A stretch of DNA of 64,000 nucleotides from Takakia lepidozioides (GCA_030704615.1 CM060733.1:19344001-19408000), one strand, 5' to 3'; counted from the stretch's first letter, positions 37,557 through 51,924 are shown. Notes: a model not told the origin generated them from the letters alone. Numbers and translations: made by a program.

Positions 37557-38081
37557 TTAAATCGAAGTACTGGAGTTGACCTCAACAATATGTCCTTGGT
37601 CTGGAACTCGCTCGCACGACTCGCTTTCTGACTGACGATTAGCCTCCTCCAAATTAGGGCGCGCCTTCACTGCTTCGGCGGCAGTAATTCTCTTAGTACT
37701 ATTCCTTGTCGTATTTTTTCGTGGAGGCATTGTCCACACAACATTGTTCACGTGGATCCATTGAGGATGATCTGACGAGTTATACTCCCAAAGTTTTGAC
37801 CAACAGTCCCTGTACCTTTCCAAGTCTGTTGGGTTACCACCTTTTCTCGGTCTCCACCACTCCACCTTCACCTTCTTAAAATTAGGATCCTCCCTATCGC
37901 GGATCACGTCAGATATTGCCACCCCTATCCAGACCGGGCACGTACTTGGGTCATGAGGGCGAACGAGCACAAAAAACCCTTTCTCAATATCCTTGAACGG
38001 ATTCAAGGATATTCTTAGTCGCTCACACCTCGGGCCACAGTAAGGTTCTAGGATTTCATCCTCTTCTTCCACATTTGGCAC
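37557..38081 (-). CDS. Transposase-associated C-terminal/downstream domain, unknown function
   Basis: GFFVLVRP...PVWIGVA...KVKVEWWRP directly downstream of the transposase on the same strand. Confidence 0.45.
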   Translation of the reverse strand: MPNVEEEDEILEPYCGPRCERLRISLNPFKDIEKGFFVLVRPHDPSTCPVWIGVAISDVIRDREDPNFKKVKVEWWRPRKGGNPTDLERYRDCWSKLWEYNSSDHPQWIHVNNVVWTMPPRKNTTRNSTKRITAAEAVKARPNLEEANRQSESESCERVPDQGHIVEVNSSTSI

Positions 38082-38307
38082 TATAAGTGGATGGATTCCA
38101 TCTCTGAGATGATTCTTGGACCAATTTGTTTTCGGCCAGAATCCCTCAAGAAGATGAATACTCTCAGGAGCTTCTGGAATTGGCTTATCCAGCTCAGCGA
38201 GAATGTTTCCCTAGTACTGGTCATATTGTTCCATTCGACCTCTGTAATGATCGTCAAGCATCATTCCTTTCGTCCAAAAATCCCTGTACTTCTTTATTCC
38301 ATTCTTA

Positions 38308-40819
38308 ATGAATGACTATTTTTCGGAGGAGTCGTCCCCGACTCCCCAGATAGGTCTCCTTGGAACGGCGTCTGGGTCTCCTTCGGGGAGCTTAGGAGTC
38401 CCGTCAGGATTGGACTTTCACATCTTCACGCTATTGTTTGTTGGAAGCCAATCCGAATCAATAGCGGACTTCTTGTACTTCATGACGGGTCAGCCCTCCG
38501 CATCCTTAAAAAAACGGAAAATGTGCATCTCCGAAATCTCGATCAACGCCTCCTTTCCATCTAGAATAAAGCCCTTTACAAAATTCTTGAAATCGGGAAC
38601 CTCCTGAATAATCTGTGGAATGAACTGCAAATCTTGCGAGGTCATAAATGACCTCCGAAAGAATGTAGGTACTTCGTTCCTTCAGTTTCTTCAAAAGGTA
38701 GCTGAAGAACCCGTCGATGTCATCATGGGTGTGTCCGACCATTAGGAACCCTACCTGGATCTCTTCAAAAACATCTTTGGTGGTCAGGAGGGAAAGAAAA
38801 GCAAGCATCCATATGTTCTTATTGTCCTTTGCGGAGTTGTCCATTTGCAAGTATAGTCTTCTCGGAAATGGACGAGCACCACGTTTGTCTTCCGGCCTGC
38901 AGGGTTTAAGAGCATCCAAACATCTCGATTTACCTCTTAAAAGTGATTCAAAAAACTCATTTTGAAATCGGTAATCGAAAATGTTCCTGGACTTGCGACA
39001 GGTTGGCTTCTCCAGCTGGCGCAGGCAACGTGCCAAAGAACCAATTATAAAGTTTGAATTTCCCTTCCAGAACTCAAGAGAATACTGACCGTAAGCTCCA
39101 TCACCGTGTCCGTGCGTGACCATTCCTGTTAGTGAAACTGGAAGCTGACCCAATCCAGAAATCATCTTGTTTGGAGTCTGCTGCCTTGGAACAGCTGTTT
39201 TCCTATGATCCATTTTGTCGTGAATAATACAGAGAAACTCCTCCGGAATCATAACAGACTCATTCCTCTAGCTATGGTACAGTCTTCTGCACGACTCTTT
39301 GTGCCTCAAATGTTTATCAAGCGCTCGTTTGTGTGTCACCTGTTCCGCATTTCTCTTGACGGACTTTTTGGTCAGGTCCTTTAACATCTCACACTTCGCA
39401 AATGTGCTCCCAGTTTTACGAACCTCCATGTTAGGAAATATCCGACTCCAGATGCGGCTAACAGCCGACTGCGAGACTCCTTCCAACCCGAAAAGTCTGT
39501 TCGTCTGTTACAATAAGAAAGGGTCAGGAAAGGAACGTCCACTGGACAGTGGAGGTTCATGAAACTAGAAGCACAGTCGAGAGAGACAAAATCGAAGGGA
39601 GGATCATCCACATTGAATCAGAAAAAACTTCCAGGAAAGAAATTGAAGAATGGAGATTTCATACCTCGTTGGACTCGTCTCGTATTCGCTTCCAGTTCAT
39701 TTCAGGTGGTAAGACTCTCAAAGTATCCCTCCCTCCCTCCCCAATGCATCTTGTCTTATGGGGCATGAGGTCAATATTTCCGTTGATAATGGACATAATG
39801 TTATCCTCTGCCTGAAGCGTCCGTGGGCATGGCCTCTTCACTCCACGGTTCCCATGGAGACTTGACAACCAACCCTGTTTACTCAACTTTTTGTACTCCA
39901 TGTATGTGGACCTGCCAATTCCATGAATTGTCCACCAAGCAGTCTCACAAACATCTACACTCTTAATTGTAACATATGCCCTGCGAAAAGTCCCTTCCAG
40001 TATGTGAAGTTGTTTTGAAACATTTAGTCCATGTTCTCTCCTCTCATCGAAAGTGGATCCCCAAAACGAAGTACGGATAGCCAAGGTTTTTTGCCAATCG
40101 AAATATTGACAGCAGTGAAGTCTGCAGCAAGGTTTGATGTTCACGGACCGGACTTCCTCCAGAGTAAGATTTTTTTTTTTTTTTTTTAAGTGTTCCAAAT
40201 CTCGATCCCTCTTCTTCCTCGTAAAATGCCGATACGCCGCTTTCTTCACACCTGCCTCGTGATCTTCGTACAAGATACTGTCAGAAGATCTAATAAAATT
40301 CTCCAGATCATTTGAGAGTAGTCTCCCACTTTCCAAAAGTCGTATTTTTATTAAAGGCCATTTTTCAAGAGACATCAAAGATCCAGATCCTCCAGAAAGC
40401 ATTCTGGTGACAAGAACTCCAACATCGTCCTCTCCCAGTTTGTCATTGAGGATCACCTCGTCCGGAATGCAGCCTTGAATCCTCCCCTCAAACAGTGCAC
40501 CCCCATCATCACCCAATAGTACGTACTGCAAGTTTCTCCAGTTGTTTCTTCCGAGTCCTTCGCTCGGATTCCCAGAACTCTTCGATGGTCTGTGGTTTGA
40601 TTCATCCTCGTCGACGTCAGAATTTTCGGCAGTATACCTTGTCTCCGGCGTAAAATCAGTCATGTCAAGCCCTCCTTGATACTCGTTATTCTCCACATGA
40701 ACTTCGCCAACATTCCACACCACCGGGGTCCCAATGGCCTCCTTCAAGGTGTCAGCATCCATATATCCATAAGGAAGAGGACATAATGAGTGTGCTTCAT
40801 CACATGAGATGAGAACCAC
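38308..40819 (-). pseudogene. Sola1-like DDD transposase (spliced; stop and frameshift present)
   Basis: CC...CC, VCETAW...GI...HGN, LP and FAKC motifs; catalytic IIHDKMD, LYLQMDNSAKDNKN, FLMVGHTHDDIDGFFS; GT-AG intron 39664-39505. Confidence 0.8.
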
Positions 40820-42469
40820 TGAAATGGTTGAGGAAGATAATTAGTGTCCATGATAGGTCCCAACCCCGGAGACATTAAGGCAGTCCCCAGTTGCTACTGG
40901 AGATGAAGACCCAGGAAGAGTAAGAAACGCTCTTTGACCCGTCTCTAAGCTCATGATCACCGGAACCTCCACTACACACGCGAGGTTCAAGAAACTGAAA
41001 ACCCCTTCGTGACGACCTTACTCACAGTAATAAGCAGTATGAGTTAAGACTATATTCAGAGATGAATCAATACAATAAAAGGAAATACACTCGCGTATGA
41101 ACGTTTCAGAGAAGTAGAATAGAAATGGAATTATTGTTTGGTCTGGAACATGTCATGTGAAGATTGAGTCTAATTATATAACCTCCACTGTACAGTGGAG
41201 GTTGGATGAGATAGAGTTTCGCCTACATAACATATAGATCACAAGAACAAAAATGGCGGGCACGACCACTACAGTCTTCAAATTTGGTCAAAGAGGTTTT
41301 TAACAACGAAAGAAAATAGCCCATTTCCAGTCCTTCTCTGAAACATTGGACTTGCTTTTCGCATAACCAATTCTCCCACTGAAGTCTCCCACTAGGAGGA
41401 GCCTTACTCAATCGTTGTTGACATACTTTTCAATTTGCAAGTCTTGAAGTTTTTTCTCTGAGGTTTTTCTCCATTTTCCCTCTAAGCTCTACGACTTTTC
41501 TGCACCAAATTTTCATTTCATTTCATTTTCATACTTCTCATCTTTGGCCCTGGTTTAAGAGAGAATTTCACATGTCTTTTTCCGTTGTTCAAATTTTAAG
41601 CAATTTTCATTTAGACATTCTAGGACATTCTAGGTTGGACATTAAATAGTCATGACAACTGAGAATGTCTCCACCACTCTCGTGTAGGGATAGGTAGGTT
41701 AGAATACTTCACTTTTCACTCGCTCAGTATGACCAATGCGGAGATGTTTCAAACACCACCTCTGGACTGCGGCTGTATTTTGGCATGTCTCCTAGGAGCT
41801 GACAGTGAAGCCTCAAAATTAGCACTGAAGATTTCCAAAGTAGAAGTTATAATGTAGGGACTCTATGGAACCCTAAACGCCAACCACGTTGAATTCCTCC
41901 TTTTGCATGGGTTAAACACCAGGCCCGGGTGAGAATGCGATCGAGACACCACACATCTGCTCGAGAGACAAACCATGGACAGCTGAAATGCTGGAGCCAA
42001 AAATGCACCGAGGTGTGTAGATGCTTTCCAATGCAACAACTGTAAGCGAAACAACAACAACGTTCAAGTACTTTGTCGCGAAGAAAGGAGCGTGAGAATG
42101 CGCTCGAGACTTGATCGGGTTTCACACTCCATACATGAGTCATCACAGTAGAGATAAAGACATTATTGCAAAGATGCGCGTAGTACAGTTTCAAAATTGC
42201 ACACTGTCTTAGTCGTGCAACAACGGATCACGAAAAAATTGCCGCTACCTCATGCAATGGGCCGAAATTTGGGTTGCACGATGGAGACATTTGTAGACGT
42301 GGCAGTACGCGATATGTCCATGACCCCACATTATTATCAGATGGACACCTATTTCGAAAAACTAGCAAAATAAGCACAAAATAATCCCATGACCCTAATG
42401 ATAGTCAAACATAGGGCTGTTGTCCTTGAAATAGTTTCTCAAATGAGACACCTGAACATGCTTTGACCC

Positions 42470-43013
42470 TGTCGTGCGCATACATATCGCTACACAACTA
42501 CATCGCTGTCCAAACCACACCACACATATATGCACAATAAAGTAGTCTAGCACAATGATAAACAAACTTGTAAAGGACACACACACTCTCAACACAAGAA
42601 ATATGCAATCCCTCAAGATCACTCTTTAAAATAGAAGTCGAGCCAGGGGCACCCCAAGCTATGGGGACTCCACCCCACAACAACCTACACTCCCATCATA
42701 AGCACACTCAGTCCTCAACAATGCAGGAGCTCGGTCGCGCAGGCTCAACTCGAGAGAGATGAGCCGCGCGACTGCCGCTCTCGTGAAGATAAGACAGACC
42801 AGGTGTCAAACTAAACTTGACACCTGATTTAACACTTGACCTAAATCCAAGTGTTAAATACAAATAACTAGTTTTATTCTAGCTGTTTTCACACTGTGCT
42901 TATTTAACTTGACAGCTGTCGTGCGCATACATATCGCTACACAACTACATCGCTGTCCAAACCACACCACACATATATGCACAATAAAGTAGTCTAGCAC
43001 AATCGCCCCCCTA
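42470..43013 (-). repeat. 3' end: PPT, A, GC, B, T, A; palindrome GACAGCTGTC at 42911-42920
   Basis: Read directly from the sequence. Confidence 0.93.
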
Positions 43014-43261
43014 GCTGGTGGATAGGTCCCTCTACCTCCAGATAGCTACAAGATGTAATAGCCACAGCCGTACTAAGTCCTCTATCACTGTCCTTATCGA
43101 GCTCAAACTCTATCAACCAAGAGGCCGGGTACAAGAGTAGCCCCATCGTTAGTCGCCGTCTTGCAATCTATGAACTTGAGCCAAGATCTCGTGTGTTCAA
43201 GGTCTCCTAGTAGCTGGGCCTTGCGTTTCTTGTTAGCCTCCCATGGTTGTATCCACTCCCA

Positions 43262-46200
43262 CTATCCAATGCAATGTGGACATAACCAATCCCCATCCGG
43301 AACCATCTCAAGAGGTGGAGTTAAGCATCCCATATGCCAACCTCTAGAGCACCGATCACATACCAGCATGGTGGCTGCCCCTTTAGCAGACCCACACAAC
43401 ATGCACCTCAAACCTGCAGATACCACTGCCAGGTTTGGGTCAATCCTGCCATCGACATTCGGAAGGTGACATGGCGCACAATTACGCACATGGTCCTTCC
43501 AAGTTATGCCATCCCGACCCTCCAAGACCAAGACGCCTGAGGGCAAGACCTCTCGAACCCTCAAAATAACACGTCCTGCAGTCACATCCAGGGTCGTAGG
43601 AGCCGTCTGCTGCAGATAGACATAGTCACCAGGGTTGAATCTCCGAACCCCAGGACGATAGCCCCCACCACGTATGGTAGCATACCTCAACGTATCACGG
43701 TGTTGTGCAATGGCAAGGTTCTCGAAAGCCATAGGCATGACTCTCTTGAACAACTCTGCACGCTGCTCACATGCACGTGCCCACACGTCCGGATCGTCAA
43801 GGTTAAGAACTGTAGCAGCTTCTCTGCGAATGGATGTAGGCAAATCCGGCTCTCGGCCAAAGAGAAGAAAGTATGGTGAGAAGGAGGCAAGTGATGCTTG
43901 CTTGCTGAACCTGTAGCCCATGGCTAACCAGGGTAACTGAAGGTCCCAATCTCCTAGGTGTCCCTTCTGCAAGCCATACTTGCGCAAACCCCTCTTTACT
44001 GTCTGAACAACTCTCTCTGCCAAGCCATCGGCTTCAGGATGATCCCGAGAAGTGGTGCGGTGGTCTATCAAGGCCTTGTCACACAAAGCCTGAAACTCCC
44101 CCAAGAATTCTCTCCCTTGGTCCGTGAGTACCTCAGCTGGAGCACCGAATCGGCTAAGCACACAATCCAGGAATGCATACGCAGCTCCCTCACTAGCCTT
44201 ATCAGGCAATGGAACCAATTCAATCCACTTGGAGAAGTGCTCCACCATCACCAACACGTACTTGTTGTGGCGCATGGTCAGTGGCAACGGCCCTGCGAAG
44301 TCAAGACTCCACCTGTAGCCCAACCCATGATCGGAAGAGGGTGCAATTGTGGAGTAGGGGCGTTGAATGAAGCACGCACCCTGTCACACACCATGCACCT
44401 AGCCACAAATTGTTGTACCTCTGTGTGCATACCACGCCACCAATACTGCCCCTGCAGTAGACTATGAGTGCGTCGCACCCCAAAATGCCCCAACTCCTCA
44501 TGGGCATGCCGCACTAACCGTGCCCGCTGTGTTGGGTGAGGCACAATCCTCACTCGACCATCCTCCCACACTCGGAGCAGGTGTGTCCCCTCCCACCTGA
44601 ACCTCTTGGCTCGTTGTAGGATCCGATCCCTCTCCTTGGCAGTCATAGTGGCTGCTGTGTCTCCACTGCGGAGGTAGTCCAACACAACTGAATCCTCATG
44701 TATATCTTTGGCGCCACCATGCTCATTGCTGGCCTCAGGGTCCTCAGACACTTGATCTACAGTCATCCCTGTTGTAGGTCCAACCTGGCCTTCCGCTGCC
44801 AAGATACACAGAAATGCAGATGCATGCCATCCGGGCACCATCTCCTCGTCCGTCTCACCATGCCACCGAGCTCCAGTGTCATCCTGTTGGCTCGTGCATG
44901 GATTGCGATTCAACCCATCTGCATTTCGATTGACCAAACCCGGTCGATGCACCACCTGAAAGTCATACTCTTGAAGGATGAGTGCCCACCGTGCAAGCTT
45001 CCCCGTAAGCTTGTCTGACTCCATCAACCACTTGAGTGGTTGGTGATCCGTGACAAGGGTGAAGAGATTGCCGTATAAATAGCACCTGAAGTGTGCCACG
45101 GCCCACACTGCAGCTAAGCATTCTCCCTCATATGAGCTATACTTAGACTCTGCAGCATTGTTCGAGCGGCTAGCATAAGCCACTACGAACTCTCTTCCCT
45201 CATCATCCACCTGTGTGAGCACCGCTCCAAGCCCCAGCATGCTCCAATCTGTATGCAGCTGAAAAGGACGCCCCCTGATAGGTCGTCTCAAGATGGGCGC
45301 CGAGGTCAACCTCGCCTTGAGCTCTTGAAAAGCTTGTTCTTGCTCATCTTCCCACTGCCACTCCTGGTCCACCTTGGTCAGCTTGGTTAGAGCCTTTGCA
45401 ATGGCACTAAATCCCTTAACAAACCGTCTGTAATAGTTTGCTAACCCCATGAAAGCTCGAACTCGGCTCACATCCGTGGGGCGTGGAACCTGTGCAATGG
45501 ACTCTACCTTAGTCTGCTGTACCCCCAATCCTCCAGGATATATCATGTGACCCAGATACTCAATCTGGTTGTGGAAAAACTTGCACTTGCCCGGATGTAA
45601 CTTCAATCCGTGCGTCCTCAAGCGCTCAAATACCCCCTGAAGGTGTCTCTCATGCTCCTCCACCGTAGCACTAAAGATGATGATGTCATCTATGTAGCAC
45701 CGAGCAAACTCCACCCCTGCTAGAATCCTGTCCATGACTCTTTGAAACTCAGCGGGAGCGTTTTTAAGCCCAAATGGTAAGAACCGCCACTGGTATAGGC
45801 AATCCTTCCCGTGCTCATTGATCCCCCAGAATGCCGTCTTTTGCTTATCCGCCTCCTTGATCGGCAACTGGTGATATCCGGATCGTAAATCCAACGTGCT
45901 AAAGACCTTGGAATGCCCAATGGCATCAAAGATCTCCTCTGGTGTTGGCATGGCATACCTATCGGACTTGGTCTGACGATTTACAGGCCGGTAATCACCG
46001 CACATACGTCTCTCCGTCCAATTGCCATAGACATCCTTCTTAGCTGGCATCACTGTGGCTGAAGCATACTCTCCACCAGAGAGCTCCACCAAACCTGCCT
46101 CCCAGAGATCTTGAGTCCTCATCTGAATCAAAGACCTCTCCATGTCACTGTATCTATAGGGTCTCCGAAAGATTGGCGTGTCAGTGGCCAACTCAATACG

Positions 46201-46395
46201 GATCTCTTGACCCTTCAGTGCTCCCAAGTCCTTCAAACTGAAGGCAAAGCAATTCCTGTAAGCCCTCAGGAACCGCCGTATACGTCGTCTCTCTCCTCCG
46301 GTGACAATGGGTCCAATATCAGGCTCCCAATTGTCCTCCGTAACTGCAACCTTAAGTCCAGTGGGCTTAGAGGTAGAGGACGCGTCCCGTGGTTG
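43262..46395 (-). CDS. RT-RNase H-integrase-PHD (copy 2; one frameshift near 44320)
   Basis: LDLRSGYHQ, YIDD, TDWS, HHCC, D-D-E and PHD CMLC...CDRC..GWHMGC...WLCPHC; open in frame from the readthrough TAG. Confidence 0.93.
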
Positions 46396-49300
46396 CTATG
46401 CTGCAACCTCTTGAGCAGTACCCCCTTCCTGCTCAGTCAATGACAAGGCCTCATCCTGCCCCATCATCTCATCATTGAGAACCTCCTCATCCATCACAGC
46501 TGCCTTCGCTGCCAACTCCCTCTGAACCTCGAGCACCTCCCACATGTGCCATGGATGTCTACACCTCGTGGTCCTCACAGGCTCGCCCCCACTCGCTGCC
46601 TGTACCGTCTCGGTAGGCAGAGAGACCATCAAGGGAAGTGCACTCCGCACTCTACGTTGCTCAGCCATAGCCAAGCTGACAATCCAGGTCAAGCAATTGA
46701 GATCCATTGCTTGCCCCAACACCTGACGACGTGATGCCTCAGAAAGGGAAGGCACCGCCGTGGTCCCAGTGGAAAACCCCATAGCCCGCTCTCGCTCGTC
46801 GGCATTAGGCTCCACTAACTGCTGCAACTGAGCATCCCACAGGAGGCCAGGTCCACCATCCCGAAAAGCATGGGATCCTGGGAAACTGAGCAGTGTAGGT
46901 AATGCTGCTCGTGGTTGACCCACCCTGTTGACCACTGCCAAAGGCGAACGGTCATCGTGTCTCACACGTTGAGACTGCCTTCCTGTGTCCAAAATGCCAT
47001 CCACGGTGAGGTGTGCTGGCCGCTGCACCCCATCAAATGCACGCTTGAGCAGTGCGGGTGGCATCAAGTTAGTCCACCATAGTCGTGGACGATGAGCCCG
47101 TGACCCCACTGCAGCTGCATCCAGCAATACTGCTGACCCAAGCCACGACCGGACTTGATGCACACTGGCCATCACCCTGGCCCGAGAATCACCCATCAGT
47201 GGCACATTCTCCAAGATGTATGCCGGAGATACAGCCTGATGAAGCTGCAAGTGGCGCAAAATCCGCACCATCTCCCAAAACAGACCCGTCCTCGAGTCTC
47301 GCAATCCATTGCCATGCCCGGCTGATGAATGCCCTTGGCAGGGCCAACCTGCCACTACCAGATCAATGGAGCCAACCCGCTCCAAATCCTGCGCCCCCAG
47401 CAACGCAATGTCTGCTGGCAAGGCTGCTGATATCCACGAACTGCAGACACCGGCAACAACTCAGGGTGCTGCTGCACCATCTGAGCAACATGGCGCAGTG
47501 AGACGCGTCGTGCAGTCTCATCCCTCTCCACATACAGGTAACGTCGGAACTCGTACACCTGCCTGCAGCACTGCAGCCAATCCAGTGCTGATCCCGCCAA
47601 AAGTCCAGAAGGCATATGCCTTCATCCGGTCCCTGCCACACAAGAGGTGTGGTGTCCAATGGCGACAACTGAGGTGGCCCTGGTACAATCACCGCACTCT
47701 CCTCCTCTCCTGACGGTACAAAAGCTTCTACCCAAGCTTGTTGCACCCGTCCATCAGCAGCGTGCTGCAAATCCTTGCTCGTACCCCACAACGGAGCGTG
47801 AGCAACCATGGCAGGCAACTCCGCCGTACCATGCATGTCATCCTGCTCTGCTGGAGGTGGCACATCCTCTGCATGGGCATTGCCTTCCAGCAACTCTCCA
47901 GGCCAGCTAACTGCAGCTGTGAAGGCGGCTAGTGTTGGCATCTTGCCCCGCTGAGCAGCTGCAATACCCCCAATGAATGTCACAGGGAGCTGTGCACGGC
48001 GACCATCCCCTGACTGCCATCCAGGCCTGTAGGATGCTGACTCCTCCCAGAAATCCAGGGTGAAGCCCATGGGGTATAACACTGCCCCACCAACGAGGAC
48101 ATCGTAAGAGACCGCGTCTGTCACAATGGCCTTGGCTCGCATCACTGAGCCATCTACAGGATGATCCGGCTGCAGTCTAATAGCCAACTGATGCCGTGTC
48201 ATGCCGCGAGCCTGCTCTGATCCTCCCAGAGATGTCTGTATCTGGAAAGGACAAGGCTCCATATCCGCCTCCATGAGGCCCAAACCTGCAATAGCAGCTC
48301 TGCCCAACATCAGTGGCTGAGCTCCTGAGTCCAACAAGACCCGCAGTGGCCGGTACTTCTTGCCTGCCGGTCCACTCAAAGTGAAAATGCCTCCCTGGTT
48401 GTCTAACAAGACAACTCCAGGTGTCACCATGGCGCGCTCAATGGCTGGCCTAGCTGGCAGCTCCGTCAACCTGGCAGCTGCAGCTTGCCATGGGCGCAGC
48501 CGTGGCAGTCTTGACCCTCAAATCCGAGGATCCCTCTGCCACTACACCTTCCACTAACTCCGCAGAAGATGAAGTGACCTCCCCACTCTCACAGAGTGTT
48601 GCTGCTAGTCTGAACACTGCAGCTGGCCTCACCCCCGGCGTCGCAATCATGGTTGCCGAGAACAATGGGGCTTGACACACAGAGGTGGCTGCTCCCAATA
48701 ACACACCGGCTGCACTAGCCTTGGTAGCAGGTGTCAGTGCTGCACGTGTAGCTCTCCCCAATGGCATAGTAACCTCCGCCTCGGTAACAGTCGGGCGAGA
48801 ACTAGGTGCCATGGATGGCGTTGACACTGTCTCCGCCAATGTGAATGACTGAGGAAGCCTTGCCTGACGGCTTGCCTCCCCACGCTGTGGATCCAATTCC
48901 ACCTCTGCACCTCGTGGCTCAGGAACTCGTGCTGCTCCTCGAGTCACGGCTGCAGCAGACTCCACCTGCTCTAGTGGTAGTGCTGCTCCGCACATAATCC
49001 CATGCCTCCCATATCTCCTCCCTCAGGAGCAGGAGGTGGACCATCCCGCCTGGGAGCCGGTACCGCCTGAGCTATAGCCATGGCAGCGAGCCTCTGCTCT
49101 AGCTGCTGAAGCCGGTTGGCCATGCCTTGATCAACGCCCTGACCTCCGCGTCCTTGGCCATGTTGAGCTTGCCCTTGGCCTGCACCTCGTGCCCGACCAC
49201 CTCGTCCTCTCTGGGCTGGTCCACCTCGCCCCCGGCCACCATTGTTCCCTGGGAACTGGCCTGGGCGCAACTCAGGATGCAAGTCATAACACTGGGCATC

Positions 49301-50572
49301 TCCATGCCCATATTTGCCACAATGCCCACACTGCAACTGTGCAGGCTGTGCTTGTGCCGGCCTTCTGCCACTCTCTGGGCAATCTCTCTTGACATGGGGT
49401 CCTCCACATGTCCAACATATCACCCCTGGTTGCTGTTGGCCTGCAAAAGATGCCACGGGCCTCTGCACCTGAGGCCCCCTGTAAGCTCCATGGAACTTGG
49501 GCTGGGCAACCTTGCCCCCCTGACCACGCTGTTGGGCAGTCCCTTGTGCTTGTGGGCTGACAGCTGTGCCCCGTACAGGCATGTCCTTGCCAAATCCAAT
49601 TGTAACAACTCGCTCCTCCACCATGTTGAGCTCAATCCGCTCAGCCAGCAGAAACACATCTGCTAATGTGGGTTGGGCTGCTTGTAACAGGGTTGCATCT
49701 CGCACCCTTCTCTTGAGCTCCTTGTCCAGAATTCCATACCAAAACTGGATTGCCTGAGCTTCAGTAACCCCTTGGGTCACACTTATCAAGCGCCTCATAC
49801 GAGTGTACGCCTCTCGCAGGCTCTCACTGGGTTTGCGCTGGAAGTCTTGCAAACTTCGCAGCTTCTCTGTCCGTACACCTTGGTAGTTCCTCCGCAACTC
49901 CTGGAAGAACTCCACCACCGGGTTGAATCTAGGCACATGGGTTGTAGCTGTGGCAGGAGGAGTAGTAGCACCTTCTGAACTGGTACCACCTGCAGAAGTA
50001 CCAGCACTACCTGCTCCACTACTAGTGCTGGCAGTGGGAGCTATTGGTACTGATGCAGCTACTGGTCGCGTCATGCCTCGAGTAATGGAGATGTAGTCAG
50101 GTGACCAATACATCCTCCACTCCTCAATCTCTGCTTCATGTCCTCGCCTGAACTCGTGGTAATCGTCCATAGGCGGGCCTTCCAAATGCTGGAACAGTCC
50201 CTTCCACGCCATGAATGGGGTGAATAGCTGTGGATTGCGCATCTGCTGCAAATCACACCAGCTGTCGAACTCCTGGATAAAGTCATCCAACTCGATTGTG
50301 CCCACAGCTCCAGAGTACCTACGAGGCCCCTTGGTAGCTCCATACATCTCCTCCATGTCGTCCCACAACAATGGCGAATGAAAGTGCACACCTGTTGATG
50401 AAGCCTCCGAGTCTGTGTCTGACTCTACAGTAGTTGAGGGTGGCGGTGAAGGTGGTCTGAACCGAATACCTCGTCTTGTAACCCCACTCTCACTGTCACT
50501 GCTTGTAGCCGTACTCCCCTCAAAACCCTTGGGTAACTCCGTAATGACACTCACAATGTGCACCTCCTCCAC
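46396..50572 (-). CDS. Gag-protease-C5 methyltransferase (copy 2; several small indels, no premature in-frame stops)
   Basis: CWTCGGPHVKRDC and CGHCGKYGHGDAQC knuckles, RGG-rich linker, VLLDSGAQ, GWPCQ/ENV/RPRLWW/GQAMD. Confidence 0.9.
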
Positions 50573-51091
50573 GTGACACTATAAGGCTCTAGTACTAATC
50601 TAATAGTGACATGGGTAGGCACCTGTTGCAGTTTAAGGGTCATATCCCAATGGCTCAGGGCACCTGCACCTGCATCCACCGCAAGAACTCCTATGGTTGG
50701 CTGGTCATCAACCCAGCCTCACCATAGAAGAAACACTGGTGGTCTTGCTGGTCATCACTCCAGCCTCACCACCGACAGCATACTCTAGGATTGACCGGTG
50801 ATCAAATCCGGCCTAATCCCTATGAAAGCAAGCGCCCACACAAAACCAACATGGCGCACAGTCAAGCATGCAGGTGTTGGGGGGGATCCAAACACAAGAA
50901 ATCAAAACATCAACACCCCCACACCAAAATCCAGCTGCAATGCTGATCCTGCAGAATATCCCAGCCCAAAACCCCGGACTGACTGGCCTCCACCAAGAGA
51001 GGCTTTGGCAACTACAAGTACAAGGTAATGAAAATAGTACAGAGATGGAGGGGAAGAATAGAAGCCCGCCCAAGCAAGATCTAATCCTGAT

Positions 51092-51924
51092 CTATGCTAT
51101 CAACTTCCAGACTTCTCTCAAAGTGCCTCGCTCTGCTTGATGGTAAGGTGTAGGAGGTATATCTATGTCCAGAAACCTGCCACTAACCTCGTCCCAAGCT
51201 ACAGTAGCTCGCTCTAACCAACCCTCCTCCTCTTTCTGCCAGGTAGAGACAAAGCAGTATTCCCCTATCTCCCGCTCACTGAACACTAAAGAAAACAAAG
51301 GTAGGGTCTGATAGTCTCTCAACTCGAAAGCTTTGAGATGGTTGCGGGTGTCTTCATTGCGGATGACTGCATCGCCTTCAAACAGAACAAACTTGTCCTC
51401 GCTAATGAACCCCCGCTCGTGGTTGCCTTGTGCAGAGCGTGTCCGTCTGCAACACTGTCTAATTGCACAAACTTGTGCAGCTCCTGCTCCTCTGCTCCAG
51501 TACACCACGGCCTTGTGGCTGAACACCTTGGTCCCCGGAGCTGTCTTTGGCTGTGTTCCAAGCCTAGCTTTCACCCACTTTGGTATTTCACCTACAGCTG
51601 CAGAACTGCTGGCTCCAACAGAGTTCTGACTGTCCAAGGCGATATTGAGGCCCTCAATGCCAACTACAGCAGTCTGTTGTCTACTGCTAATGCCTGACTC
51701 CCAGTATGCAATCAACTCGTCCAACTGTTCTCCACTCAAATCAGTCTGAGTTCCTTGGGAAACATAAATCTTGTCCCCTTTGGTACACAGGCTAAGAGAA
51801 GAGACCTGCCCTTCAACGACGTCCTCATTTCCCCCAGCCATACAAGGAGTACATCCACAGATTTGTCTCTAATATAGACCAGCACAGGTTCTAGAGACAG
51901 GATTGTGGATCTTTCATGGCACAC
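51092..51924 (-). CDS. ORF0 homolog (unknown function)
   Basis: 249-aa ORF colinear with 7628-8458; frameshift near 51842. Confidence 0.7.

Noticed and set aside
22660-41205. CRISPR array
   Set aside because: The palindromes are irregularly spaced by 0.15-7 kb, there are no cas genes, and the context is eukaryotic.
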